DNA of 61,618 bases, filler included, from Chiloscyllium plagiosum (taxonomy: Eukaryota), in NCBI RefSeq assembly GCF_004010195.1. It is 4 parts of one record of this genome, joined end to end, with 100 filler letters (N's around TTAATTAATTAA, not from the genome) between each part and the next. Parts side by side here need not be neighbours in the genome. Positions count along the whole stretch, not along the records: positions 1 to 23,517 come from NC_057715.1; 3 more parts are not named here. One strand, given 5' to 3'. Numbering within the stretch: position 1 is the first letter of the stretch; each line of letters begins with the position of its first letter. Under the pieces are notes generated by a model. That model was not told the DNA's origin and searched no databases. It saw nothing but the letters and a program-made list of their open reading frames with translations. The position numbers were made by a program, and so were the translations under genes. Below, in pieces: positions 1-13,459 of the stretch.

Positions 1-470
1 ACACACACACACACACACAGACACACACACACACACAGACACACACACACACACACACAGACACACATACACACACACACAGATACACACAGACACACAT
101 ACATGCACACAGATACACACAGAAACACATACATGCACACACAGTTACACACAGACACATGCACAGACACACACATGCACAGACATACAGACACATACAC
201 ATGCACGCACACATACAGACCCACAGACAAACACACACACACAGATATGCACAGACACACAGAGACACAGACACACACACATACAGAATGCAAACAGACA
301 CACATATACACACACACATGCATGCACACACAGATACATGCAGACACACACGTACAGACATACAAACACACACAGACACATGCACACACAGTGACAGACA
401 CATGCAGATAGACATACAAACACACACACATGCATGCACATATATACACACACACATACACATACACACT
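1..470. repeat. Degenerate (CA)n/(CAGA)/(CATA) compound microsatellite
   Basis: Directly visible low-complexity AC tract; the His/Thr-rich ORFs over it are artefacts. Confidence 0.95.
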
Positions 471-2779
471 ACACGGTTGTACAGTAGTTGGGTTTTATGG
501 AGGAAAGTTGACGTCATTGTTAATCATGATAGCTACAAGTAAATATTCTCCATGATCAAAGTCCAATGAACTGGATTTACCAAATGATATTGTCCTGTGC
601 TAAGGCAAATGGAGCTCCCTTTCAAACCAAGCTGCTTTAGAAAATTTCTGTTTGTAACTTTTATATTTCTGATTCGTGCCTCAAATTTTGTTAGATTATT
701 TTTGCTATTCTGTGATCTGACTGAATGGCAGAACAGGCTTGAGGGGCTAAACAGCCTCTTGCTGTTCCTATGTTGTGAATCTTTGGAACTCTCCTCCAAA
801 GGTTGAGGAAGCAGTCCTTGAATATTTTTAAGGTGGCAGTAGATAAATTCTTTTGAAACAAGACAGGTTACCAGGATAGGTTGAAATGTGAATTTCAGAT
901 TGCAATCAAATTAACTGTGATCTCTTTGAAGGGAGGAGCAGGTCAGATGGGCTGAATAGCCTACTACCCCTTGTTCTTGTATTTGCATATTCGTAACTCC
1001 CTTCTGAACAGCACGCCAGATGTCCCTAAGCTCCATGTAATGCAGCGATTCAACAAGGCCGCTCAGCGCCACCTTCCCAGGGCAATTGGCAATGGTTAAT
1101 AAATACTGGCCCAGCCAGAGATGCTCACATCCTATAACTGAGTGGGAAAACATATCCAGCCTCTGACGTGTCGCTGTAGGTACAATATTTATATGGCCAG
1201 TCGAATTCAGTTTCTGGTCAATGGTAACACCCTCTGAGTGTCGATAATGGGACTTTCACCAATGATAATACCATTGAACGTCGGGGAAGACAGTTAGATG
1301 CTCTCATGTTGGAGATAGTCATTGCGCGGCACTTGTGTGATGCAAATGTTACTTGTGATTTATCAGTCCAGGACTTTGGAGTGTCTCTGGAATGTTAGAT
1401 ATTGTGAGGAGACGTATATAATTGTTGTCAGCAGTACAGAACACATCATTACATGACTCACACGAGAGTGAGTTTTTATGAGACAATTCTGGTGCAGATT
1501 TGATTTGCCTTTGTCACTATCTACTAACATGCAAATGAAACCGTAAGCTCTCCTTACGATTGCAGAATATGATTGATGGGGTCATATTTATTACACGCCC
1601 CTTGTTATTCAGAGGAGATTGTGACAAACCTTCCTGAATAATGGTGTTTACAATTACCTGACGGTCTGGATGATCTCATTGGAACACACAAAATTCTTAC
1701 AGTGCTTTTACAGAGCAAATGCAGGAAGGTTGTGGGGGTGGGGGTGGAGAACCAGGGGAATAGTCTCAGAATAAGATAGAATCCATTTCAGACTGAGAGA
1801 AAGAGGGATTTCTTCATTCAGACTTTGAAAAATCTTTGGAATTCTCCAGAGTGCCTTGAATAAGTTCAGAACAGAGATCAATAGATTTCTAGATATTAGA
1901 AACATTAAGGGGTTAGAGTAGGAGAATGGTATTGAGGTAGAAGATCTAGCAGAATGCTGGGGAAAGCATAATGGGCTGAAAGGCCTACTCTTTATCTAAG
2001 AGGCTTCACCTGTCACCCCAGTGTTTTACTACTTCTGATTGGCTACCTGAGTTCTTAGATTCTAAAACTTCTTCAGTTCAAACCCATCAATTGCTTTTTA
2101 ACATTCTTTCTTGGGAAGTGAATGTCGCTGGCAAGGCCAGTGTTTAAGGCCAATCCACAAATGCCCTGGGACATAGTTGCTGACTAGTTTATTTCAGAGG
2201 TGGCCAGTCAGGAGTCAAAACATTGCTCTTGGTTTGGACTCACATGTTGAGCAGACTGGCAACAACACAGTGTATGAGAGACACGGATGTTTCATAGAAT
2301 TCATACAGTGTAGAAATAGGCCATTTGGCTCAACAAGTCCACACCAACCCTCCGAAGAAATATCCCACCCACACCCATTCCCCTAATTAATACACCTAAC
2401 CTACACATCAAAACGTTAGCTAATGGCGACCGTGTAACTGTTGTCAATGATTATAAAAATTCAACTAGTTCTGAAATGTCCGTTAGGGAATGAAATCTGC
2501 CATCCTTACCAGGTCTGGCCAATGTGTGGCTCCAGACATACAGCAATGTGAGTGACTCTTAACTGCCCTATGGGTAATTAGGGATGGACAATAAATGCTG
2601 ACTTAACCAGTGATACCCACATCCCATGAATGAATATTTTAAAAAGTGTAGTTTATTGCATGTTAGTGATTAAACATTAGTTAACTAGTTAAACCTTGTT
2701 ACTGAGGAGGAGACCCAGAATATAGATCTTCACTCCACAAGTTCACACCGACCCTCTGAAGAGTATCCCACCCACACCC

Positions 2780-3079
2780 TGTGGTTAGCACTGCTGCCTC
2801 ACAGCGTCAGAGACCCAGGTTCAATTCCCACCTCAGGGAACTGTCTGTGTGGAGTTTACACATTCTCCCCGTGTCTGCGTGGGTTTCCTCTCGGTGCTCT
2901 GGTTTCCTCCCACAGCCCAAAAATGTGCAGGTCGGGTGAATTGGCCAAGCTAAATTTTCCATAGTGTTAGGTGAAGGGGTAAATGTAAGGAAATGGGTGT
3001 GTTGCTCTTCAGAGGGTCAGTGTGGACTTGTTGGGCTGAAGGGCCTGTTTCCACACTGTGAGTAATCTAATCTAATCTA
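2780..3079 (+). mobile_element. tRNA-derived SINE, HE1/V-SINE-like. Further copies at ~3845-4150+, 7599-7910-, 11503-11790+, 17766-18062+, 22281-22615-, 33527-33860-, 33895-34197+, 50180-50466+, 52330-52510+
   Basis: Pol III-like head (GTGGTTAGCACTGCTGCCTCACAGC...GGTTCAATTCC), core TGTGTGGAGTTT...GGTTTCCTCCCACA, (TAATC)n tail; repeated many times in the window. Confidence 0.85.
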
Positions 3080-5354
3080 AGACTCTGAGATCTTTTGCCT
3101 TATCCTCACCCAATCCAGCATGGCATCATCAGGTTGGGTGGAGCTAATGCAACCTCCAATGATGATGCTTTCAGAACAATGACCTTCCGCTAGTGCACAG
3201 AATGACAAAAATGTCATGCCTGATATGAGACCATTCAGCCCATTGTCTCAGTACTGCCTGTCCAAATGAGCATAATCACTTAAAGCCATTCTCCTGCCTT
3301 TTCCCCAAATTCCCTAAATGTCCCTCCTGAATGCCTCAATTGAACCTGCCTCCACCTCATTTCCAGGAAGCGCGTTCCCGAATCGTGAGAAAATGTGCTC
3401 TTTTGCATATCACCTTTGCTGCTTTTGCAAACCACTTGAACTCTGTGCCCTCTGGTCCTTGAGCCTTTTGGGAAAACTCCCTCCTTTTCACCTGCCCAGC
3501 CCTCTCATGGTGTTTGAAAATCCCTATCAGATCTCATCTCAACCTTCTTGTATCTGAGGTGAGCATTGCCAACCACTCCTGACTGAAGTGCCTCATGCGT
3601 AGAACCATTTGTATAAAATGCTTCTACAGTTTCTCCTATGCACTCACATCCTTCCCTTGATGTGGAGCCCTGACCTGTACAGAATGTTCCAGCCGAGGTA
3701 TCCATGTAAATCCAATATCACCTCCTTATCCGTGTACTCCATACCCCAGCTAAAAAAGCATACAGTGCCCTGCACTGTAAATATGTTTTATTAACATCTC
3801 TCTCCACTTTCCCTTCCACTTTTAATGATCAACAGAGTGACCCGCAGTGTCAGTGGTTAGCACTGTTGCTTGGGACCCAGGTTTGGTTCCAGCCTCGGGT
3901 GACTATCTGTGCACAGTCTGCAAATTCTCCCCATGTCTGCGTGGGTTTCCTCCGGGTGTTCTGGTTTCCTCCCATAGTCCAAACCTGTGTAGGATAGGGT
4001 GGATTGACCATGCTAAATTGCCCATAGTGTGCAGTCTAGGTGGATTGGCCGTGGTAAATATAGGAATGTGGTGGGTCTGGATGGGATGCCCTTTCGAGGG
4101 GTAGTATGGGGTGGATGGGCAGAATGCTTCGACACTGTATGGATTCTATTCTATCACAGCATACATTTGTTCAGGTCCAAAACAGAAACTGCTGGAAAAG
4201 CTCAACAGGTCTTGTAGTGTTTGTGGAGAGAAATCAGAGTTAATGTTCCGGGATGAGTGTCTCTGTTTTCTCTCCAAAGATGCTGCCAGACCTGCTGAGC
4301 TTTTCCAGTAATTTCTGTTTTTGTTCCTGACTTACAGCATCCTTTTGGTTTTTACACTCTTAAGACTGGTAACCCCTTATGTTACATTCTCGATCTGTGT
4401 TCTTGCTATCCTTAGCAAAGATAAGAAAATGGAGTTAGGATGAAGATCAGTCCTAATCTATTTTAAAATCTGAGCAAGCTCAAAGAACAATAAGAGCTTC
4501 TGCTGTTCCTAAATTGCTGGTGCACCAATTCTTGTATCTGTTTTATCAGCTCAATATTCCCACACCCGTCCATAGGTGCGACACATTGATAATGATCTGA
4601 CACAGGGAACTGGACTTTTAACTTCTTAGAAACACTCCCTTTACATATCTGAAAGAAAAATATTTATTTGTTGCTTTGTGGCAGATTGTAGGTATGGAGG
4701 TCAAAGGATAAACTGGAAAGAAGAGAGGCCATAAAGATCCAAATTCCATTTATATAGCACCTTTAACCTAGTAATGAGTGGTGCTTCACAGGAGCATTGG
4801 CAAACACAGTTTGATATCAACCAAGATAAGGAGACTTGAGGATGGGGTTTGATCGACCAGGGAGCATTTTAAACGAGAAGAAAGAGACAGAGAGTTATAT
4901 GGAGAGAGTCCTCAGGCTTTGGCCAAAGGTGGGCCGGTGGAAATCAGAGAATTCTCAAGAGGCCAGAATTAGAGCAACACAGAGAGCTTGGACCTTGAAA
5001 CCTTTTTACTTTGGAGCAGTTACAGAGATAGGGAGGGAGAAAGGCGAAGGAGGGATTTGATTACGAGGATGAGAACTTTAACATCAAAGTGCTTCAAGAT
5101 CAGGAACTAATATAGCTCTGAAAATACACGGTCAGGCATGACTGGGCCTCGGTGCAAGTGAATTAATTGGTGAGCTCCCTCAGTACTTCAGGTCTTTCTT
5201 TCTGCTGTATTTTGCCTTTGGTGTTGTGACATTTCCATCAATTTTGATAACTCTGGGGGTCATATAAACATACGAATTAATCATCCCTCGAAGCTGCTTT
5301 GTATGATAAGGTCCTGGCTGATCTCACTGTGGCCTCAATGTCACACTCTCCTCA

Positions 5355-5750
5355 TCCCTTTAGTTACTCTCCTTCACATTCCCTCTGTCCCTTTTGTTAA
5401 TTTCCTTCACATTCCCTCTATCTCTTTAGTTAGTTCCCTCCACATTCTCCCCCATCCCTTTAGTTAGTCCCTTCCATGTTTCCTCTATCCCTTTAGTGAG
5501 TCCCCTCCATATTCCCTCTATCTCTCTAGTTAGTCTCCTTCACATTCCGTCTATCTCTTTAGTGAGTCCCCTCCATATTCCCTCTATTTCTTTAGTTAGT
5601 CTCCTTCACATTCCCCCTATTCCTTGAGTTAGTCCCGTCTACAATCTCTCTATCCCTTTAGCTCATTCCCTCCACATTCCCCTCTTCCTTCAATTAGTTC
5701 TCTCCACATTCCCCCCATCGCTTTAGTTAGTCCCCTGCGCATTCCCCCAA
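5355..5750. repeat. Pyrimidine-rich minisatellite, ~33-bp unit (approx. TCCCTTTAGTTAGTCCCCTCCACATTCCCTCTA), ~12 degenerate copies
   Basis: TTTAGTTAGT-like motif recurs about every 33 bp. Confidence 0.85.
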
Positions 5751-6364
5751 GAATTCCAAAGACACATGACCCTCTGCGAGAAAAAAAGTCCCCATTTTCT
5801 CCATCTAAAATGGGCAATCCCTTCAGTTTGGAATAGTGACTCCTTGTTCTAGATTCTCTCAGGATCTACCCTCAGGATCTTACCTGTTTAAATTGTCTCC
5901 TAACCTTCTAAATGTCAGCGGATTTTTAAAAAAAATCATTCACAGGGTGTGGGCCTCACTGGCCGGGTTATATGTATAGCCCATCCCTAATTGAAATTAC
6001 GTGTCAGCTACATTGCTTTGAGTGTGGAGTCACATGAAGGCCAGACTGGGTAAGGACAGCAGGTTCCTTTCCTAAAGGATCACGAGTGAACCAGATGGGT
6101 ATTACCCCCAAATCCTCTGCGTATTTTACCCAACAATTAGCAACTGTTTCACGGTCATCTTTAAACTTTTAATTTCAGATTTTTTTATTGAACCCAATGT
6201 CCATCATCTGCTGTGGTGGGATTCAAACGCAGGTCCCAGAACATTAGCTAGATCTCTTGGGTTAATAGTCTCACAATAATGTCACTAGGCTATCACCTTC
6301 CCATGTTAGCTTAGCCCAGCCTGTCCAACCTTTCCTCATCGTCAACATGTCCACTCCAGATATC

Positions 6365-6590
6365 AGTTGAAACTTTATTGCTGGAACAGCACAGCAGGTC
6401 AGGCAGCATCCAGGGAACAGGAGATTCGACGTTTCGGGCACAGGCCCTTCTTCAGGATTCCTGAAGAAGGGCCTGTGCCCGAAACGTCGAATCTCCTGTT
6501 CCCTGGATGCTGCCTGACCTGCTGTGCTGTTCCAGCAATAAAGTTTCAACTTTGATCTCCAGCATCTGCAGACCTCACTTTCTCCTCACG
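6365..6590. mobile_element. Penelope-like element terminal-repeat fragment forming a perfect fold-back palindrome, with 12-bp target-site duplication
   Basis: 93-bp arms around 6458; CCAGATATCAGT at 6356-6367 and 6591-6602; related sequence abuts GIY-YIG coding DNA at 24862-25640. Confidence 0.85.
6456..6493 (+). ncRNA. Minimal type I hammerhead ribozyme (PLE-associated); mirror copy on the - strand at 6423-6460
   Basis: GATTC-CTGAAGA-A-GGGC(CTGT)GCCC-GAAAC-GTC-GAATC: stem I, CUGANGA box, stem II, GAAA box, GUC cleavage triplet. Confidence 0.8.
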
Positions 6591-8784
6591 CCAGATATCA
6601 GTCCAATAAACCTTCACTGAACTGCTTCCAACATATTTACATTTTTCCTTAAACAAGGAATAATAATATTGTCTAATATTAGAGGGCACGCACTTGAGGT
6701 AAAGGGGGGAAGTTAAGAGGATTAGATTACATTACAGCGTGGAAACAGGCCCTTTGGCCCAACAAGTCCACACCGACCCGCCGAAACGCAACCCACCCAT
6801 GTAGATGGGTGTGGACGGACAAGTATTTTACACAGAGAGTGGTAGGTGCCTGGAATGCTCTACTGTGTGTAGTGGTAGAGGCACATACGATAGGCGTGTT
6901 TAAAGGGCTTTTAGATAAGCACATGTTATTCACGTGGAAGAATATGGACCAAGGGCAGGCAGAAGGGATTAGTTTAATTATACATCATGTTCAGCACAAC
7001 ATCGTGGGCTGAAGGGCCTGTTCCTGAGCTGTATAGTTCTATGTTCTGTACTTGAAGGAGATCAATACTGTACATGGTACTCCAGATGTGATTGCAACAT
7101 GTAGTTGACATTCACATTTAAATGGATTAGCATGGTTGTAACTTCGCCATTACCAAAATATTTTAATGTAGTAGCAGGAGACAGTGCATAATCGAGAGGC
7201 CCAGGCTAATCTCTGGAAAACTGGGTTCAATTCCCACAACAGCAGTTAATGGAATTCAAATTCAGTTAATAATATATTATAGAACTAGGTTCAGCAATAA
7301 TGACTTTGAAATTGTTACTAATTGTCGTAAAAATCCATCCATAGTTCACTAACATTCTGTAGGGAAGGAAACCTATCATCCTCACTTGGTCAGGCTTGCA
7401 TGTGATTCCAGACCCCCAGCACTCTTAACTACCCTCAGAAATGGCCAGAACAAGACACTGAGTTCATGGGGCAATTAGGGATTGGAAACAAGTGACTGGT
7501 TAGCTTATATCCCATTGCTGCCAGACCATTGAGCTTTCCCAACAATTTCTGTTGTTATTTCTGATTTACAATATTTGCAGTTCTTTCAGTTTTTAATTTA
7601 GAATCATAGAATCCCTACAGTGCGGAAACAGGCCATTTGGCCCAACAAGTCCACACTGACCCTCCGAAGAGTATCCCATTTCCAGACCTATTTCCCCTAC
7701 TCTATGACTCTACATTTACCCTTGACTAGTGCAGCACCTAACCCAGACATCCCCAAACACTATGGGCAATTTAGCATGGCCAAACCAACTAAGCTGCACA
7801 TCTTTGGACTATGGGAGGAAATCAAAGGCCCTGGAGGAAACCCACGCAGACACGGGGAGAATGTGCAAACTCCACACAGACAGCCACCTGAGGCTGGAAT
7901 CGAACCCGGTGTGCAGCCCCGGTAGTATTGCAATCCAGTTCAGCCATTAAGCAAAGACCCTGTTCGAGTCAGTCTGATTGAGTGGATGTTAATGTTACTT
8001 TAGCACTTTCTGAAGGCGAGTTGTTCTGGCTGGGATTCTTTCATAATCGTCACTCTGCCCACTTCAAAGCAAATTGCTATCTGTGAAGTGTTATGAGACA
8101 TTTCTGTGAGATGTGATGATGCACTTGATAAATGTGAATATATTCTTCTTAATGCATCTCTCTATATATAATAGTGCTGCTGATGTGTGAACTGAACGTT
8201 TTATGTGGGCGTATGTGAGACACATGAAACAGTACAAGGACAACTGTATCATCATTAAGTAAGGTCCGTAGGCAGGAAGTACTCAAAAGGTTTCAACGTT
8301 GCCTCAGAGAAATTGTCAGCAACTTTCTGTTGGAGGACCAACTCCGAGTTTCAAAGAGAGCATTGGAACGAAACCTGTCCTTAAAGGTGACACTGGTGGT
8401 TTTGAAGGTTGTTGGAAAGAGCTATAGGAACTGCAGCTTTATGGAAACAGTCTCCAGTACAAGATGATGAATTCTGGTCGAACTTTAACAATCAATTGTC
8501 AGGCTTTTGTATCAACAATACTGCCAATTCTGCACTGCATACTTTATGAAGGATTTCAAAGTCTTAGAGAAGCTAGGGAGGAGAGTTGCTGGAATGGGAC
8601 CGGGGGGTGGGACTTCAGTGATGTTGAAAGATCTGTAAGGAGTATGTCTATTTGTTTTGTGCTTTCTTTAAACTGTGGATTGAAATGCAAAAGAATTCTG
8701 GCCTCCCTGCTATAGGGAAGATATTGTGAAACTTGGAAGGATTCAGAAGAGGATGTTTTTGTTTCAGCTATAGGGAGAGGCTGG

Positions 8785-9195
8785 ATAGGCTGGGGTGTCA
8801 GAGGCTGAGGGGTGACCTTATAGAAGTTTATAAAATCATGACGGGCAGGGATAGGGTGAATAGACAAGGTCTTTTTTTCCCAGGGTAGGGGAGTCCAAAA
8901 CTAGAGGGCATAGGTTTAAGGTGAGAGGGGAAAGATTTAAAAGGGACCTGAGGGGCAACATTTTCACGGAGAGGGTGCTGCGTGTCTGGAATGAACTGAC
9001 AGAGGAAGTACCAGGAGATGATACAATTACAGCAGTTATGAAACATTTGGATGGGAATATGATTAGGAAGGGCTTAGAGAGATATAGGCCAAATGCTGGC
9101 AAATGGGACTAGATCAATTTAGGGTATCTGGTCGGCATGGACAAGTTGGTCTGAAGGGTCTGTTTCCATGCTGTAAATCTCTATGACTCTATAAC
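8785..9195 (+). mobile_element. CR1-type LINE ORF2 3' end and tail (HER1-like). Similar fragments at ~15390-15940+, 19097-19878+, 21345-22175+, 27385-27910+, 30372-30765-, 45715-46960+, 48010-48240-, 53730-54305-, 56435-56760-, 61345-61618+
   Basis: Translates to GERFKRDLRGNIFTERVLRVWNEL, the typical CR1 RT C-terminus; ends in a (CTATGACT)-type tail. Confidence 0.9.
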
Positions 9196-9764
9196 TCTGT
9201 TAAAATCTAGGAATTTCCAAGGCTGGCTGCATTGTTGAAAGTAAAGAATTTATTACTTTTTGTGAACCTGTTGGTGTAGCTGTTGGTTCCAGCAATGTGG
9301 AGATGAACTGGAGCTGAGGGGTTGTTTGTGAGTGAAGCTGATTGATGTGGACTGGGGTCCAATTATCAATGACAAAGGTGCTCAACTTGACAACAACAAA
9401 GTGATTGGTTGTCAGGTGGCTGAACAGTTTGGACTGTGAATGGACAGACAGAAGAATAGTCAGAGCAGAAGAGAAACCGAAAAGCTGCAGCAGCCAAAAG
9501 TCCTCTTCTTGTCAGTCCTCTGCAGTAAGCCACTTTAAACAGAAGAACATCAGCTGATCTTTCTTTCAGCAGAGGCTGCAAGTTGTGACTTTGAACTGGA
9601 TAAATATTACTTCATAAGTAAATCAGCCATCCACGGCTTCTTCCAAACCAGTAGAAGCATTTAGTAAAAAGGTTGGGGAAAAATCTTTGGATGAGCAAGG
9701 GGGACAATGTGGACAAAGACTACAAAACTGTTTTCTCTATTCCCATGTTTTCTTTTCTTCTTGT

Positions 9765-10150
9765 TTGTCTGTGTAAGTCTGTGTGTGTATATCTGTATGT
9801 GTGTGCACGTGTGTGTCTATATGTGTGTGTATGTCTGCCTGTGTGTGTCTGTGTTTCTATGTGTGTCTGTACATGTGTCTATCTATGTGTGAATACCTGT
9901 GTGTGTGTCTATGTCTGTGTGTCTATGTGTATCTGTGTGTATGTCTATCCATATGTGTATGTCTGTCTATGAGTGTGTGTGTGTGTGTCTGTGTATGTCT
10001 GTCTATGAGTGTGTGTGTTTGTGTCTATGTGTGTATGTGCCTATGAGTGTAAGTGTGTGTCTATGTGTGTCTGTGTGTGTATGTCTATGTGTGTATGTCT
10101 GTCTATGAGTGTGTGTGTATGTGTGTGCATCTTTGTGTGTGGCTGTGTGC
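9765..10150. repeat. Degenerate (TG)n/(TGTC)/(TATG) compound microsatellite
   Basis: Directly visible. Confidence 0.95.
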
Positions 10151-10766
10151 ACCTACGCTGTATGAATGTTTATGGAGGAGTTTGCTTATAAAGAGTTTAG
10201 ACTTTTAATTTGTACAATTCCATTTATTTAGTTCATTTACTTGTAGCTAATGGCCCGTAATAGATAATGATATTTTTGCATTTTTTAAATTAACCTGGAT
10301 CTGACAATCAGGTGATTTGGGGATTTTTGCATATTTCTTTTAAAAACTTTAACCTTTTTGACAGCTCCAGAAAGAGTGGAGCATGATTTCCAACCCGCTG
10401 TCGCTGACAGGTGTGACAGAGTGGGAAAACTGGGATTGATCTCCTCTGAGCAGCGAAGCTTGAGGGGAGGTGTTCCAATTCATCAAAATTCTTGATAGAA
10501 TAGGGAGAAACTTGCTTGACCAGCTTGCTTGGTAACTGAAGGATATGTTGAAAGGAATTGGGGAAAGAACCAGATGGGAATATGAGGAGGAATGGTCTTA
10601 GGTAGCGAGATGTGGAATACATCACCTGAAAAGCTGGTGGAAGCAGATCAATAGCTTTCAGAAAGGAATCAGATGGGCAGATGGCCCTCCCCTTTGCTGT
10701 GCATATCAGAGAGTTCAAGCTGAGAGTTGTTTGGTTGCTAACTCAATATTTAATTTTGTATTTCAG

Positions 10767-10912
10767 CTCCCAGAGCCATCATTTTGGGTCTATATTTTGC
10801 TGTTCTGCTTTTCCTCTACCTGGTGCCTCTCGGTATGTATTCTCCCTGCATCAAAGAGAAGGGGACCCTGGGGCCAAAGCCAGCCATTATTGGACACAGA
10901 GGAGCACCAATG
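10767..10912 (+). CDS. GDPD4: GDPD4 internal exon: transmembrane helix and start of the GDPD domain ([48 protein letters not shown]); upstream exons not found in the window
   Basis: tttcAG acceptor, GTacgt donor, GHRG catalytic motif; phase matches the next exon. Confidence 0.9.
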
Positions 10913-12216
10913 GTACGTCATTCTTTGAGTGGGTCTCTCCCTACCTTACCAGCCTCTTATAGCTGGTGTCAGTGGGGAACACTACTGCTTCTGAGTCTAA
11001 ATGGTTTGAGCTCAAATTCCACACTTGACATTTGAACTCACAAGCCAAGCTACAAGGAGAGATGGTGGCATAATGGTCAAGTCCCTGGGCTAGTAACTCA
11101 GCTGAATGCTGTGGGATCATGAGTTCAACTCTCAACGTGGTTGACTTTTTTTTCTAAGAAATTAATAAAGTCTGCAGTGGAAAGCTAATCTCAATGATGA
11201 TGCCTATTACCAATTGTCATCAAAGTCCACCTGGTTCACTAGTGTCCCTTGAGGGGAGGAAATCTGCTTCTCTTATTGTGGTCTGGTCTACATGTTACCC
11301 CAAACCCTTTCTCAAATGGCCCTCACAAACCAGTCAGTTCAGGAGTGATTAAGGATGAAGAAGAAATGCTGGCTTTGCCAATGACACCCAATGCCATGCT
11401 GAGGGGCCGCTGCAGTGAGGAAATACTGCCTGCGGGCAGAACTTTAAACTGATGCTCTTTACTATCCTCTAAGGTGGACATGAGAGACCCTGAAGTGGCA
11501 GTGGCATGGTGGCTCAGTAGTTAGCATTGCTGCCTCACAGTGCCAGGGACCTGAGTTCAATTCCACTCTTGAGTGACTGTCTGTGTGGAGTCTGCACATT
11601 CTTCCTGTGTTTGGGGGGGTTTCCTCCCCCAGTCCAAAGCTGTGCAGGTTGGGTAGATCAGCCATGCTAAATTGCCCATAGTGTCCCAGCTAGGTGGATT
11701 AGCCATGGAAAATATATGGATAGGGTAAGGGGTGGGATGCTCTTTGGAGGGTTGGAGTGAACTTCATGGGCCAAATGGTCTGCTCCACATGTGTCAAAGA
11801 TAATGCCACAATTTAAAGATGGGCAGATGCATTCTACCTGACAGGTCGCATCGGCCAACATCCCAAAAACTCTGCACTGTTGTGAGAACTTGCTGTGCTC
11901 ACACTATTTGCCTGGCTTCTCTCACAACAGCCTACCCTTGAAAATCCATGTGCTCTGGGACAACCCAAGCTTGGAAATTTCAGTGTTATTTACCCTGTTA
12001 CTGTCTCTCCATGCAGCCGGGGCTGTGAGTTCAAACATCAAGAGTGGACTTTGAGCTCAAACCACTTGGATTCAGAGTACCAATAAAAGTTGAAAATTTG
12101 CCAATATGGAGAAGTTTTACCATTGCAGTGAGTTGGTCAGCTAGGAGTTTTCAGGAGTCAGACAGGACGATCTAACAATCAGAGCATTAAGAGGCACAGT
12201 GTTACTGTATTAATAC

Positions 12217-12417
12217 AGTTAAAATCACACACCACCAGGTTATAGTCCAACAGGTTTATTTGGAAGCACTAGCTTTCAGAACACTGCTCCTTCATCCTGA
12301 TGTGGGAGCAGCGCTCCGAAAGCTAGTACTTCCAAGTAAACCTGTTGGACTATAACCTAGTGTTGTTTGATTTTTAACTTTGTCCACCCCAATCCAACAC
12401 TGGCTTCTCCACATCAT
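12217..12417. mobile_element. Second palindromic PLE-derived family with degenerate hammerhead cores (CTGATG..GGAGCAGCGCTCCGAAAGCTA)
   Basis: Imperfect ~80-bp inverted arms centred near 12297; a partial copy is at ~24560-24642. Confidence 0.65.
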
Positions 12418-12936
12418 GTATTAACACAACACTAGGATGGTTTGTCAAAGGGTCCAGGCCCCATCAAGAGGTCCCCATTGACCTGGTGTCTGCTCCTTTC
12501 CTAGCTTCTGATGCTGGTGCCTTTGGCTGTCGGAGCTGGTGTTAAATAGACCAACTCCACAGCCAATGATAGTCTCCTCTTGCCCCACCCAGACCCTGAA
12601 CTCCCCACTCCTACACAATGCCCCCTGAGGGTTGGAAATAATGACGGGAGGGTTGAAACCCATAGGAAGATTAGCTGGTCATTACGTGCAATAAAGTGAT
12701 GATGGCATCCAGAGAAGGCTGGAGACATAGTAAATCATAGTTTATTAAGGTTCTGAAGGGTGAAAAGTGCTGGAATAACATCCCATACATGAGCGGATCT
12801 GTGAATGACTAAAGTTGACTAGAATTCCCACACAACCCGGACTTGAGCTGTACTGGTACCCTCTGATGAAGAGACTTTCTTGCTGTGCTCACACTATTTG
12901 CCTGGTTTCTCTCACAACAGCCTACCCTTGAAAATC

Positions 12937-13459
12937 TGGAGTATTGTGTGCAGTTTTGGTCGCCATACTGTAGGAAGGATGTGGAGGCACTGGAACGGGT
13001 GCAGAGGAGGTTTACCAGGATGTTGCCTGGTATGGTAGGAAGATCGTATGAGGAAAGGCTGAGGCACTTGGGGCTGTTTTCATTGGAGAAAAGAAGGTTT
13101 AGGGGTGACTTGATAGAGGTGTACAAGATGATTAGGGGTTTAGATAGGGTTGACCGTGAGAACCTTTTTCCACATATGGAGTCAGCTGTTACAAGGGGGC
13201 ATAGCTTTAAATTAAGGGGTGGTCGGTATAGGACAGATGTTAGGAGTAGATTCTTTACTCAGCGAGTCGTGAGTTCATGGAATGCCCTGCCAGTAGCAGT
13301 GGTGGACTCTCTCTCTTTGTGGGCATTTAAACGGGCATTGGATAGGCATATGGAGGATAGTGGGCTAGTTTAGGTTAGGTGGGCTTGGATCGGCGCAACA
13401 TTGAGGGCCAAAGGGCCTGTACTGCGCTGTATCTTTCTATGTTCTGTGTTCTATGTTCT
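12937..13459 (+). mobile_element. Young 5'-truncated CR1-type LINE with 6-bp TSD (AAAATC)
   Basis: Uninterrupted frame EYCVQFWSPY...RFFTQRVVSSWNAL...GLV*, (TATGTTC)n tail, TSD at 12931-12936 and 13460-13465. Confidence 0.92.

Noticed and set aside
103..542. His/Thr- and Cys/Val-rich ORFs (also 9673-10191) and RD/PI-repeat ORFs at 59330-59772
   Set aside because: Translations of simple repeats.
2780..2835. tRNA-like sequences at SINE heads
   Set aside because: They are Pol III promoter heads of SINEs, not complete tRNA cloverleafs.
9198..10408. Possible old LTR (TGTTA...TGACA) around the TG microsatellite
   Set aside because: No matching TSD and no second copy in the window.
12696..12756. 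C/D-box snoRNA-like GTGATGA...CTGA (also 8113-8183)
   Set aside because: No terminal stem or recognisable guide sequence; motifs this short are expected by chance.
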